Positions 36,731 through 46,416 of a DNA stretch of 60,198 nucleotides are shown here, piece after piece. The number at the start of each line of letters is the position of its first letter. The stretch's first letter is position 1. The stretch is from NCBI GenBank assembly GCA_018175315.1, contig GCA_018175315.1_4769.1; one strand, 5' to 3'. This DNA comes from a phage. The translations under genes and the position numbers were made by a program. The notes beneath the pieces are model-generated. The model was given only the letters and a program-made list of their open reading frames with translations. It did no database searches and was not told the origin of the DNA.

Positions 36731-38227
36731 CTATTCTTTATCGGAAGCGTCGTCTTCCTTAGGATCTTTGTTTACTTGCTGCTCTGCGTTTAAATCAGCC
36801 TTAGCATCATCGGGCAGAGGCCACTTCTTAAGCTCTTCCTCAAGAATTGCCATTTCTTCTTCAAAGCTCAATGTGGTTAAACCCTGATCCACAAGCCAGC
36901 CATGAATAGACTGCAAGCTGATCGGAGCCTTAAGGTTGCGTGCAGTAATAATTTGAACAAAGTCCTGACCGTTAAACATGCTCTTGGTAAATTCAAGATT
37001 AGGCTTAACCACAACTTTCTCTGGATCAGCACCCATCCATTTAGCGCAAACCTTCAGCAAGTTTTCCAAACCTGCCGCACCAGTATACGCAATTCGAATC
37101 AGGCTAGCTGTACGCGCAGCAATACGCGTTTTCATAGCTTCGCCTGATTCCTGCGTGCTCTTGGTGTTGTTTACCATTTGCCCGGCTTTAATCTGGGCTT
37201 CTTGCTTATCCGCTGCTAGTGCAAGACGTTGCTCGGACAAACCGTCACCGCTAACGCCTACATATTTAGCGTCACCCCCAATAGCAACGTTAATGACCGC
37301 TCCAGGACCGATGCGCTGAGGGGCTTTATCTCCATTCTCCCCCGTGCCACCAACAACAACTAATGTGTCCTGACCCTGCATATGCAGGCTCTGACGGTAA
37401 TCAGCGTCACTTCGGTACATGCTTAGGCAGATGTTAGCTAGCCCCAACAATGGAGGCGCTTCCGGTGCTGGGGTGATATCTGTTGTATTAACAAACTGGA
37501 AAGGTATTTCGTCCAGTTTGTTACCTTTATAATAAGGAGCAATCATTTGCCCTTCATCATAATTGGTATTGTTGATAAATAAATGCTGGGAGTAGACCGC
37601 CCCACCTGCAACTTCATCTGTGTCCATCGGACCTAATTGCAAGACACGATAACGCTTCTCTTCTTTCCAGTCAAACTGATTGACACGTACAGGCCCGCTT
37701 TCATCCAGAACAACCATGTTCAAGTTGATATTGCCTAATTCATCTTTACCATCATCCCAGTTGATAATGGATAAAGCATCATAAACGCTAATATACGGTC
37801 TGTTATTTACATCCTCACCTTTTGGCAAGTCCAGCAGCAGACCCAAACGTCCATTTTTTAACTGCATTTCGTTGATGCGACGTAGCAGAGCAATAATGTC
37901 TTCACCATCCGCAGTACACAGCTCCCGCATGTACTCCATTTCAGGAGGAAGCTGGATTGTAGGCGGCTTCTGGTGCAACAGACCTAAATTATTTGTGACA
38001 GCACTTGAATAATCGTCAGGGAAGTTAGCACGCAGACGATAAGCGAGCCAACGTTGAAAGCCTAAATCATTAGGATTATTCATCCCATCAATAATCATGG
38101 AAGCTAAAGGTGGTAGATATTTAACACCTTCTTCCTTAATTTTATCTTCACCCTCATAGCAGTCGTTGCACTTAACCCATGCATCCTTCCACTTGTCATA
38201 TAGCGGGTGAGTTGCATCAATACCCAT
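36731..38227 (-). CDS. portal protein
   Basis: 498 aa immediately downstream of terminase large subunit. Confidence 0.7.
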   Translation of the reverse strand: MGIDATHPLYDKWKDAWVKCNDCYEGEDKIKEEGVKYLPPLASMIIDGMNNPNDLGFQRWLAYRLRANFPDDYSSAVTNNLGLLHQKPPTIQLPPEMEYMRELCTADGEDIIALLRRINEMQLKNGRLGLLLDLPKGEDVNNRPYISVYDALSIINWDDGKDELGNINLNMVVLDESGPVRVNQFDWKEEKRYRVLQLGPMDTDEVAGGAVYSQHLFINNTNYDEGQMIAPYYKGNKLDEIPFQFVNTTDITPAPEAPPLLGLANICLSMYRSDADYRQSLHMQGQDTLVVVGGTGENGDKAPQRIGPGAVINVAIGGDAKYVGVSGDGLSEQRLALAADKQEAQIKAGQMVNNTKSTQESGEAMKTRIAARTASLIRIAYTGAAGLENLLKVCAKWMGADPEKVVVKPNLEFTKSMFNGQDFVQIITARNLKAPISLQSIHGWLVDQGLTTLSFEEEMAILEEELKKWPLPDDAKADLNAEQQVNKDPKEDDASDKE

Positions 38228-38238
38228 ATACCCTCCAG

Positions 38239-39798
38239 TTAAATACCGATAGTTTTACCGACACCTGTATAAACAGCTTGATCCAGAACCATATAACGTA
38301 CTTCATCGCCCATATGGTCTTCACATTCCGTATCAACGTCGTCCTGATCTACTTCATCGCGCGGAAGACTTGGAACAAGTTCAAAGAAATAATTGCAGTT
38401 ATCAAAAACATACATTGCTGGATTTTCACGTGGTCCCGGCAAAGGTTTACCGTTTGCATCTTCCCGCAATGCAGCTTTAAGAAACTCACGCATTTTCTGC
38501 CATCCGCGTTTACGCGACCCAGCAGATTTATCACTTCTCTTCCAATGGATACCGTTATACAGCTTGCCGTTAAGACGAATTTTCTTCGCCATTGTTGCAG
38601 CGGTGGAGTTATTGTTCTCCAGATCCCAAATGGAGTTATCCGCAGGACCAGGAACTACACGATCGTGTATACCCCAGGCTAATTCCCGCTCCAGTATACC
38701 GCTTGCAATTTCTGAGTCCAGCAAATGTAGACCTTCGTTTGTTTTACCGTTGGTCCCATACCATTCGTTAATCCTAAACAGGTCACCTCGGACCGTGGAG
38801 AATGTAGTGCCATCTTCACGCACAACATCCGAACCATCACTAATAGCCCACCAACCGACAGAGAACGGTTTTGAAGAACCCCAGTCGAAAGAACGTGTAA
38901 TCTTCCAACTCGCTGGAATCGGGAATGGTCGTACTTTGTGAACAGTGCTACGCCACAGGTCATCGAACATACCACCGGATGTAATATCCCAGCTCCCGCC
39001 CAACCATGCAGCACGCTTGTTCGGGTCTGTGATAGACATAAGTTCTGCAATATATTTTGGACTTAGGTTTTTGTTTTCACGGTACGAACCAAAGATATGG
39101 CATTGCGTCGTAACCACATCTTCGTCTTTCTGCGTCCTCGGGTTAAACACTCGCGTAGTCTTCCTGAGTATTTTACCCATCGGTGCAGCGTCAATGAAGC
39201 GTTTCTTAACCCAGTTATGCCCCGCACCAAACGGGTTACTGGTAGCAAACACTTCAAGAGGGATATCCGGTAAATATGTGACCGTACCATCTGGATTAAT
39301 AATTGGGTTATCTTCTGGTAAGAAAGATGAACGGTTACAGGACATCATAGCTTCAAACAAACGCCCGTCCGGATATTTTGTTAATTCGTTCCATCCGATA
39401 AATGGGTATTCGTGACCGTGATAAGACCAGTAATCCTTTTCTTTACAAGCAACGCGGAACAGTAGCTCTTCACCAGTAGGCCAAACCCATTTATAATCAG
39501 ACTTAGAGCTAAGGAATTTAGCCCCGTCTTTAAATTCAGGAAACCAACGCTGGGATTTAGTTACAAGGTCATCAAGGTTTTTATATTCACGGTCGAATAT
39601 AATACCCTTCCAAAATTTACCGTACCCTACACCAACATTCTTACGGAAACGCATAAGCTGGCAGTCCGTTTTTCCAGGACCGCGAGTTCCATGGTATAAG
39701 ATAATATCAGCGGGGCAGGATAGAGCGAGTGTCTGTGAACCTGGATGTGGTTTCCAGACGACTCGCGGCATGTTATCAGGTTGTCGGTTTAGCTCCAT
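38239..39798 (-). CDS. terL: terminase large subunit
   Basis: Walker A HGTRGPGKT near N-terminus; 519 aa; C-terminal nuclease-type acidic residues. Confidence 0.85.
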   Translation of the reverse strand: MELNRQPDNMPRVVWKPHPGSQTLALSCPADIILYHGTRGPGKTDCQLMRFRKNVGVGYGKFWKGIIFDREYKNLDDLVTKSQRWFPEFKDGAKFLSSKSDYKWVWPTGEELLFRVACKEKDYWSYHGHEYPFIGWNELTKYPDGRLFEAMMSCNRSSFLPEDNPIINPDGTVTYLPDIPLEVFATSNPFGAGHNWVKKRFIDAAPMGKILRKTTRVFNPRTQKDEDVVTTQCHIFGSYRENKNLSPKYIAELMSITDPNKRAAWLGGSWDITSGGMFDDLWRSTVHKVRPFPIPASWKITRSFDWGSSKPFSVGWWAISDGSDVVREDGTTFSTVRGDLFRINEWYGTNGKTNEGLHLLDSEIASGILERELAWGIHDRVVPGPADNSIWDLENNNSTAATMAKKIRLNGKLYNGIHWKRSDKSAGSRKRGWQKMREFLKAALREDANGKPLPGPRENPAMYVFDNCNYFFELVPSLPRDEVDQDDVDTECEDHMGDEVRYMVLDQAVYTGVGKTIGI

Positions 39799-40333
39799 CT
39801 TCAGTCTCTTTAACTAGTCGTTGTTGAGACTCGGATGCAGTTTTTTCCCATTCGTCAATATTTGCTACAGCAGGGACTATCATTACGCCGCCTCTGTTAG
39901 TAACATCAATCTTAGCCTTCTTGGGAGCATCCAAATCATAAATTTGTGCAAGCTTGCCCAATGCGGCGACTCTAGCAGCTTGAGAAGATCCCGGTCCTGT
40001 ATAATGAGCTTCACGTTTTAATGCTTCAATGATATGCTGACGCTCAAGGTCTGCTTCAATGTTAGCTTGCTCAGAAGTACGTTGAACACGGGATCTTTCA
40101 ATCTCCTTGAGCTTCCATCGAACATAACAGTCCGTGGCAAAGCGTTGGCCCAGCTCCTGTGCAAACATAGCATTGAACCCGCATCTCATGCAAGCGTTAG
40201 TCCAATTGTAGTCGAACATGTACTCAGCAACAACTTTGTCACGTATTGCCATCTCTTCAGCGGACAAGCTATTTGCATACTGGATGTAATTCGTCCAGTC
40301 ACGATCATATTGCTCTTGACTTGCCCCGTTCAT
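39776..40333 (-). CDS. terS: terminase small subunit (putative)
   Basis: 185 aa directly upstream of and overlapping terL. Confidence 0.5.
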   Translation of the reverse strand: MNGASQEQYDRDWTNYIQYANSLSAEEMAIRDKVVAEYMFDYNWTNACMRCGFNAMFAQELGQRFATDCYVRWKLKEIERSRVQRTSEQANIEADLERQHIIEALKREAHYTGPGSSQAARVAALGKLAQIYDLDAPKKAKIDVTNRGGVMIVPAVANIDEWEKTASESQQRLVKETEDGAKPTT

Positions 40334-40353
40334 GGAAGCCCCCTTTCTTATTG

Positions 40354-40659
40354 CTATTTAGGCTGAATATAATTGCTTGATCCTACAAAATCAAGCGAAA
40401 CATTTTCAGCTTCATAGCGTATGATTTCCTTAACCCTCAGTTTACATTCAGTCAGAGCTGTTTCTGTATCCTGCAAACGTTGGATAATGTCCCTTGTATA
40501 AACCAAAGGATATTTATCAACTTCCCGACATTCTACCAACAGATGGGCCGGAAGTTTTATCTTCACTATCTGCGGCGGTGGTGGAGGTTGTATCTCCGTC
40601 GAGCAGCCTGCGCAAATCATCAGGAACACGCTCATTAAGATAAGCTTTGACGTCGGCAT
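40354..40659 (-). CDS. o-spanin (Rz1-like outer-membrane lipoprotein)
   Basis: GGAG RBS; signal/lipobox-like LMICAGCS followed by Pro-rich PPPPPQ; gene starts inside the i-spanin gene in another frame. Confidence 0.7.
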   Translation of the reverse strand: MPTSKLILMSVFLMICAGCSTEIQPPPPPQIVKIKLPAHLLVECREVDKYPLVYTRDIIQRLQDTETALTECKLRVKEIIRYEAENVSLDFVGSSNYIQPK

Positions 40660-40993
40660 TGCTTTTCTCCAGTGCTTTTAATTTGTCCTGAAGCAACCTG
40701 TGGTTATGTTGCTCACTTTCAATCGCTGAAGCCAATTTTCGATAGGATTCAGTATCCTTCTCCCGTTGGGATGCAAGAAATACAACAGCTTCGCCCAGCT
40801 TTGCATTGTCCCGTTCTACAACGGTTAGCCTTTGCTCAGCATGATTTAAATTAGTTTTGCTGAGCTCGTTCTGTGACCACAAGTATGCAGACACCCCACA
40901 TAAAAACACAACCGCGCCGATCATCAAATACTCGATAAACAGACGCGGTTTAGTTTTTATAAAACCGAAGAAGTTATTTAGAATCGTTTTCAT
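40517..40993 (-). CDS. i-spanin (Rz-like inner-membrane protein)
   Basis: N-terminal transmembrane segment then coiled coil; overlapped by the o-spanin gene. Confidence 0.7.
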   Translation of the reverse strand: MKTILNNFFGFIKTKPRLFIEYLMIGAVVFLCGVSAYLWSQNELSKTNLNHAEQRLTVVERDNAKLGEAVVFLASQREKDTESYRKLASAIESEQHNHRLLQDKLKALEKSNADVKAYLNERVPDDLRRLLDGDTTSTTAADSEDKTSGPSVGRMSGS

Positions 40994-41318
40994 GTTTGCA
41001 GTCCCCTGAATCGAGTTTGATCCCTGTCCGTGAAGCTATAAGCGACGTTAGGGCTTTTAGCGTAGCACGTGAACCTGCCCAAGCAAATAGGCCAGCAAGG
41101 CCAAAAGCGAACCAAAGGCTGATGTTAAACTCCCTGTAGATCGCATACATTATAACGCCAAAGAAAGCGGCAGATAAGCCTTCAAGAAATGCAATGCTTG
41201 CCCGTACTTTCTTACCAGCGTCTATTGTACGCATGACATAACCGAGAGCTCCCCCAATGAGAGAGATAAACGCAAACCCCGCTAGAACTGCCCAATGTTC
41301 GTTGGGTGAATTGAACAT
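40974..41318 (-). CDS. holin (putative)
   Basis: 114 aa with 3 hydrophobic segments and charged C-terminus; adjacent to spanins. Confidence 0.55.
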   Translation of the reverse strand: MFNSPNEHWAVLAGFAFISLIGGALGYVMRTIDAGKKVRASIAFLEGLSAAFFGVIMYAIYREFNISLWFAFGLAGLFAWAGSRATLKALTSLIASRTGIKLDSGDCKHENDSK

Positions 41319-41354
41319 GTTCCCTCCAAATAAAAGGGGCTAACGCCCCGTCAG

Positions 41355-41792
41355 TTAAAGTACCATTGCAATAGCGCGGTTAATTACGTCGTCGGTATAG
41401 GGCATCATGCCATTTTCATGACGAATGATTGCTTTCACCAATCCTGACATAATTGCCTTGTCGAAGACATTAATTGGATCGTTAGGTTGAACACCAATTG
41501 CTTTGGCAACAGAGCGAATATACGCTTCCGTATCGTTTTCGTTAGGCGGAGCCCAGCGAGCGATAATTTCACGTACAGTGTCGATGTTTTTCTTACCCAC
41601 ATTGGGCAAGCCTTCACGTTTGGTGTAGTTTGTCAGGATTTTCGCTAGTGCACGAATGCCGTAAATCGGTTGCGTAAATTGAGCAAAAGATTTATCGGTT
41701 CTCTTATCAGCAGGAACTAAGCCCTGCCAATTATCACCCCAGCGAATATTGCCTGGATTGTTATTACGAATACCACGAGGTTGAAGTGCCAT
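41355..41792 (-). CDS. putative endolysin (by lysis-cassette position)
   Basis: GGAGGAGG RBS before ATG 41792 (ORF track's longer ORF lacks an RBS); motif RGIRNNNPGNIRWG; immediately upstream of holin. Confidence 0.4.
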   Translation of the reverse strand: MALQPRGIRNNNPGNIRWGDNWQGLVPADKRTDKSFAQFTQPIYGIRALAKILTNYTKREGLPNVGKKNIDTVREIIARWAPPNENDTEAYIRSVAKAIGVQPNDPINVFDKAIMSGLVKAIIRHENGMMPYTDDVINRAIAMVL

Positions 41793-41877
41793 GCTTAAAG
41801 CCTCCTCCGCTTGACATGAACATATGAAGGGTAGCAGAGAAGGCTGATACGGCGCAAGGAGAATTGATCTAAGGAGA

Positions 41878-42138
41878 TTACCCGTCAAACCAGTCGTTAA
41901 TGTAGAAAGCAACAAGACTTTTTCCACCTTTATCGACCCCGTAGCTGGAGTAAAAAGTGAAGTTATCTGGTTCGTGTTGCAGGATAACCATAAAGTCATG
42001 CTGAGCGCTGTCAATAATTGCAATGGCGATTTCCTCGTTATCTGTGATAAAGATTTCGCCACCAATTACAACATGCGTCCCGTGGTCAACTACCTTACTA
42101 TGATAAGCAGGTGGGATCAGGTGACTGAATGTAGTCAT
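41878..42138 (-). CDS. hypothetical protein
   Basis: 86 aa, GAGGG RBS. Confidence 0.45.
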   Translation of the reverse strand: MTTFSHLIPPAYHSKVVDHGTHVVIGGEIFITDNEEIAIAIIDSAQHDFMVILQHEPDNFTFYSSYGVDKGGKSLVAFYINDWFDG

Positions 42139-42603
42139 TTAAAAACCCTCAAATGATATTGTATCAACTCCCAGGAATGCACATGTGGTGTGTTTAATTG
42201 CTAACTCAATAGCTTCGCTCGCACTTGCACCAGCAGCTAACGCGCCAGCAGCAAACACACAACCGCTACCCTCAGATCCCCATCCATCCAGCATGGGTTC
42301 ACTCAAAGTACCATCATTATAAATAAAATGGCAAGTACCTTCCGGAGTGACAGCAAGACCGCAAGTTTGCCCGTAATCATCATCTTTACTGTAAAGTTTA
42401 ATATCAGGGAACTTAACAGGTTCCGCGCTATTAAAATAACGCAACACCTGATCGGTAAATGCTGTAAGGCCGCACAAGCCCAGTAAAAACCGTCCACGAT
42501 GTCCATTTACGCTATGAACTTTCTTATAAGCAGTCACAGCTTCCCCGCGCATAACTCCACGGTCCGCAGCTAATACTTTTCCATCGAACGCAATTGTGGT
42601 CAT
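42139..42603 (-). CDS. HslV-like / proteasome beta-type Ntn-hydrolase peptidase
   Basis: N-terminus MTTIAFDGKVLAADRG (Thr directly after Met) and GSEGSGCVFAAGALAAGASASEAIELAI parallel E. coli HslV; AAGGAAAG RBS. Confidence 0.55.
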   Translation of the reverse strand: MTTIAFDGKVLAADRGVMRGEAVTAYKKVHSVNGHRGRFLLGLCGLTAFTDQVLRYFNSAEPVKFPDIKLYSKDDDYGQTCGLAVTPEGTCHFIYNDGTLSEPMLDGWGSEGSGCVFAAGALAAGASASEAIELAIKHTTCAFLGVDTISFEGF

Positions 42604-42785
42604 TTAACTTTCCTTTGGTCTTGGATAATAACAATACATAAAACAAATAGAATAAGACAGATGCAAAGCCCTGTACTTGCAAAGATTCGGATAACCGTGG
42701 AAGGTTGTTCGACTACTGTATAGGTATAAAGCCCAGCGAACATTAACGTCGCAAATAAAAACAATCCGGCGTATAGTTTGGTCAT
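42600..42785 (-). CDS. small membrane protein
   Basis: 61 aa, two hydrophobic segments, AGAGGGG RBS. Confidence 0.4.
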   Translation of the reverse strand: MTKLYAGLFLFATLMFAGLYTYTVVEQPSTVIRIFASTGLCICLILFVLCIVIIQDQRKVK

Positions 42786-42847
42786 TGTGTACCCCTCTTA
42801 TTCGATGGGTACACAATACAATGAAGGGTTATGTGATAGCAAGAAAA

Positions 42848-43270
42848 TTAATAAGGCAGGATTTCAACGTCTTTGACCCAAGTGTGAATGATAAAAGCTC
42901 CAGGCTCTTCAGGATCTTGATCCGGACCAACATAGAACTTTTTACCTTCCCATCCTTTAATTGGATCATGCACAATAAACTTGTGATCTGTCATATCAAT
43001 CACAATCTGGTGCAATGCGCCAGGAATATTAAGACTTGGCACCGTGCACAGGAACAGACCTCCCATATGCAAAGTTTCACGCCCACCACCTTCTGAACAA
43101 TGATGCTGGACGCCGTTTTTAGTCAAATATTCGCTGATAGTAATTTCCCAGTTGTTATAATAACGACTATGAAATTCCTCAATCACCTTTTCAACAGGTT
43201 TATTAAGGATCATTGCTAGACACGCAGAAACGCATGTATTCAATGTTGGTTGCTTGACGTGTTTAATCAT
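42848..43270 (-). CDS. papain-like cysteine peptidase (C39-like domain)
   Basis: Q-x5-C-x2-A-x-LAMIL pattern (QPTLNTCVSACLAMIL) with downstream His (IVHDP); GAGG RBS. Confidence 0.5.
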   Translation of the reverse strand: MIKHVKQPTLNTCVSACLAMILNKPVEKVIEEFHSRYYNNWEITISEYLTKNGVQHHCSEGGGRETLHMGGLFLCTVPSLNIPGALHQIVIDMTDHKFIVHDPIKGWEGKKFYVGPDQDPEEPGAFIIHTWVKDVEILPY

Positions 43271-43271
43271 C

Positions 43272-43742
43272 TTATGCCTCGTATATGATTTCCGGCTCGT
43301 TATTATAAGGACGCAGCAGCAAACGCGCTACCAGCGCCGTACGCTCGCTTAACCCTTGCGGATGTACAAACCCAACGAACTGGTAATGACAACCGCGCAG
43401 GTGGTGTAGGCTCTTAGCACAATGGCACGCTTCCAAACGCAGTGTCTCGCCCGACTGCCATTTAACCACAATGGTAGAGCTCGCAGTCATGTTAATTTCT
43501 ACATCACCGATTTCAACCTGAAGACGCAGAACATCTTCTACAACATTACGGACATAGACAAGGATCTGCGATGTAGGCATAACAATGAGCCCATTCCAAT
43601 CCTTCCCGCGACCCAATCCGCAATAACGCGCAAAGTTGGCTATCAACTGCGTCTCTGTAACCTGTTTTACTTCAAACGACTTCTTCAGTTGGCAGTCTTT
43701 GGATTCGTCCATTACATCAACAATAGTTTTAACGTCAACCAT
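43272..43742 (-). CDS. hypothetical protein
   Basis: 156 aa from ATG 43742 with GGTGGAG RBS. Confidence 0.45.
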   Translation of the reverse strand: MVDVKTIVDVMDESKDCQLKKSFEVKQVTETQLIANFARYCGLGRGKDWNGLIVMPTSQILVYVRNVVEDVLRLQVEIGDVEINMTASSTIVVKWQSGETLRLEACHCAKSLHHLRGCHYQFVGFVHPQGLSERTALVARLLLRPYNNEPEIIYEA

Positions 43743-43744
43743 TA

Positions 43745-43966
43745 TTATCTCCACCTGTTACGGTCATCGCATTTATATTCATACTCAGTAATAACCTGAG
43801 GATACATTGACATAAAATTACCTTTCGCATCGTAGACATTGTTCCAAACAATATATTCCCGGCTGTTACCAGTACGTTGACAGTTTTGCCGCTCCATTTC
43901 TTTGGAGTCTACGATTGCAAATACAACAAAGGCAAGTATAACGCCTAGTATGATGACTATTTTCAT
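43745..43966 (-). CDS. small membrane/secreted protein
   Basis: 73 aa, hydrophobic N-terminus MKIVIILGVILAFVVFAIV. Confidence 0.45.
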   Translation of the reverse strand: MKIVIILGVILAFVVFAIVDSKEMERQNCQRTGNSREYIVWNNVYDAKGNFMSMYPQVITEYEYKCDDRNRWR

Positions 43967-44265
43967 GGGTTAATCCGATATTCTTTAATGTCCCTTAGCG
44001 TATCGCGCCAATCACTACCTTCAAGGTCAACTTCACCGCAATAGCGAACATGCAAACCGTATACTCCAAGCATCCATTGCTTACCAGATTCATAGCAAGA
44101 AGGTTTGGCGTCATAACAATGTACTTTACCGTCTGCGTCTACAGCGATAAAGTTAGCCCAGGGCTCAACAGGGACAGCAGACCCGTAATAGTCGGTAAAT
44201 ACTTGCGTCTCCTTGTTAACGGAACGAATCGCGTGTCCAGTTTCGTCCATTCCTAAATACAGCAT
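43963..44265 (-). CDS. hypothetical protein
   Basis: 100-aa ORF in tight array. Confidence 0.45.
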   Translation of the reverse strand: MLYLGMDETGHAIRSVNKETQVFTDYYGSAVPVEPWANFIAVDADGKVHCYDAKPSCYESGKQWMLGVYGLHVRYCGEVDLEGSDWRDTLRDIKEYRINP

Positions 44266-44316
44266 AACAGCCTCCAGATAATTAAGGGCTCCGTAGAGCC
44301 CATTATAGATTGATAA

Positions 44317-44682
44317 TTATACTTGTCCTATATTTTTCTGCCATTCACGAACAGTTTCTAGCATAGATTTATAATCGTCATCCCAATCATAATTCTCAAC
44401 ATCCTTTTGAAGTTTGGCAATCATTTCTTCAAAGCTGTTAGCTGGTAAGTAACTTTCACCAAATTCAGCAAGACGTTTCTGATAATCGGGACTTTCCTCA
44501 TCATCCCAGCCAAATTCAGCTTGAAATGAATCGCAACCAGAGCATGATCCATAAGACCCTTCGCAAACTCCCAATACACCATCTTTTCTTATCAGGGCAA
44601 GCCATTCACCCTGATAACAACCAAACTCAACAAAATCTAATACTTCGCATCCAGCAGCTTCTAATGCTAATTGGTAAGACAT
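44317..44682 (-). CDS. hypothetical Cys-containing acidic protein
   Basis: 121 aa with GSYGSCSGCDSF. Confidence 0.45.
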   Translation of the reverse strand: MSYQLALEAAGCEVLDFVEFGCYQGEWLALIRKDGVLGVCEGSYGSCSGCDSFQAEFGWDDEESPDYQKRLAEFGESYLPANSFEEMIAKLQKDVENYDWDDDYKSMLETVREWQKNIGQV

Positions 44683-44924
44683 TCTTCCTGCTCCTCTACA
44701 TATTTAGTGACACATTTTTGAAAATTAAGAACGATATTTTTCTCTTTTACGGAGTGAAATTTAACACGTTCCGGACAAATAATCCAGCCTTCAAAACGTT
44801 GAGTAGCGTCATTCCATGCTGCCCGACCATAATACCCGCGATAGGGGCCTAATCGCATTGCATTTACCTCTGTAACCACATTGTTGGAGGTGCTGGGTGT
44901 AGCGCTTACACTGGAGTCGCACAT
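44667..44924 (-). CDS. hypothetical protein (first gene of minus-strand block)
   Basis: AGGAGG RBS before ATG 44924. Confidence 0.5.
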   Translation of the reverse strand: MCDSSVSATPSTSNNVVTEVNAMRLGPYRGYYGRAAWNDATQRFEGWIICPERVKFHSVKEKNIVLNFQKCVTKYVEEQEECLTN

Positions 44925-45096
44925 AAATACCTCCTTGATGCTCTAAAAACAGGTGTGAATTGATAGAAATTGGTTGCATCCGCTTAAAGATGATAGCTAT
45001 GGAGCAGCTACAAGACGAATTATACGTTGACGACTCAGAATTTACTACCAAAATCCATATATTCAGAAAGGATGAGCGCAATATATTCAAAAAGAA

Positions 45097-45230
45097 GGTA
45101 GGTGGGGTCATGGATGTAGGTGGATAGGCTATGTGACAGGTGAGATTTAGGCGTGGACTTACTATCAGGATGGATAAGGCGCCCTCGGGTGATTATTAGT
45201 ACCCTGATGATCCTAGGTGGGGTCTATGAG
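45097..45230. repeat. direct repeats TAGGTGGGGTC(A/T)ATG (2 copies) plus variant GTAGGTGGATAGG in non-coding leader
   Basis: Copies read at 45099-45109 and 45214-45224; variant at 45116-45128. Confidence 0.45.
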
Positions 45231-45632
45231 TCGGCTCATTGGACCGGTCTGTGACTGTAAGATCTGTTATTCTTCCAAACGAATCTATTTCATTCGTCAT
45301 TATACTGATGTATATCGTGAGCTGCCTATATACATGGCGTGCATATAGCAGAGCAGGCCGTACGCGTTAACGTACAGCCTGTGAGCATTGAAATTAGCGC
45401 CGCTTTGTGGGGTACAGCGTGCTCGTTGTGTGTTGGTAATGCATTACCATTACCTTTGTGCATTAGCTCGCTGTGGTGCTGCTGTGTGCGTTATCCTTGC
45501 GAGCGCATGTCCGCATATATGCTTTTACCGCGCATCATGGCACTATGCCAGCCATGAACTGCATATTCTGCGCGCATTGCTGCAATTAATAACGCGTGCT
45601 GTGCGCGTGTAAGCGTGTATTTGCGTGACATA

Positions 45633-45818
45633 TTAGTACACCTCTACCAGTTTAACGATGGCGCTAAAATCGGCGATTCCAAGTTGCATCTCTGTACGGA
45701 CGAAATCTTCTGCCACGATACGACTGGGAGCTGTAACGTCTCCGATATATTCGCCATAGTACATAACTTTAAATGTTCTGTTGCTATTATTTACAGACTT
45801 CACAATGTTCGTAGACAT
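45633..45818 (-). CDS. hypothetical protein
   Basis: 61 aa with GAGGTG RBS. Confidence 0.5.
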   Translation of the reverse strand: MSTNIVKSVNNSNRTFKVMYYGEYIGDVTAPSRIVAEDFVRTEMQLGIADFSAIVKLVEVY

Positions 45819-45886
45819 AATACACCTCGTTATAATTAGTTAGCTTATTAATGAGCACTGTATTAATGCTCATTGTATAAGTTAGC

Positions 45887-46090
45887 TTAGTTAAATTCGA
45901 AGACAGCAATAGTTTTCATTGTATCAGAACTATAGATGTAGATATCTCCGCGGTCTTCTACTACTGCACGCCATTCCTCTTCACCTTTAATAATGCAACG
46001 AGTTTTAAGATCCATTTTATACTCTGCGCCTTCTACGAAACCGAAATTATTGTTTGCAACCATTACGCAGATAACGTTACGAATAGACAT
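45887..46090 (-). CDS. hypothetical protein
   Basis: 67 aa with AAAGGGG RBS. Confidence 0.5.
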   Translation of the reverse strand: MSIRNVICVMVANNNFGFVEGAEYKMDLKTRCIIKGEEEWRAVVEDRGDIYIYSSDTMKTIAVFEFN

Positions 46091-46296
46091 GATGTAAACC
46101 CCTTTAAGTTAATTTGTAGTACCCTTGCGGTATGTGTATATAGTAGTGCTAGACTGATCATATGTCTACACCTTTTTGCATCTTTTTATAAAAATATTTT
46201 GGCAGCTTTATATGTATGTGCACGCCCGCGCGAATACTCCAGATAATGTGATGTTAGTTAGGCCATTAGTGCTAAACATGCAGGGCAAGCGTATTT

Positions 46297-46324
46297 TTCA
46301 CTAGATGCAAAACAATTCTAAAAT
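46297..46324 (+). promoter_or_regulatory. promoter candidate TTCACT-N16-TAAAAT in divergent intergenic region
   Basis: Hexamers read by eye; upstream of plus-strand gene block. Confidence 0.25.
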
Positions 46325-46416
46325 AGCACTTTTGGCCTATTCAATATCACGATGCATCGCTATTATGTACCCATAGCAACACGATACTACTTCTTAACCA
46401 CACTTGGAGGCGCGTT

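Noticed and set aside
44809-45111. 100-aa minus-strand ORF extending into the leader region
   Set aside because: No Shine-Dalgarno sequence, overlaps the upstream end of a well-supported gene, and the product is low-complexity; the region is more likely non-coding.
45339-45612. Plus-strand ORFs (72 and 74 aa) in the leader region
   Set aside because: No RBS, Cys/Ala-rich nonsense composition, overlapping each other in different frames; a 35-aa minus-strand ORF with a GAGGTG RBS (45524-45631) is marginally better supported but too short to call.
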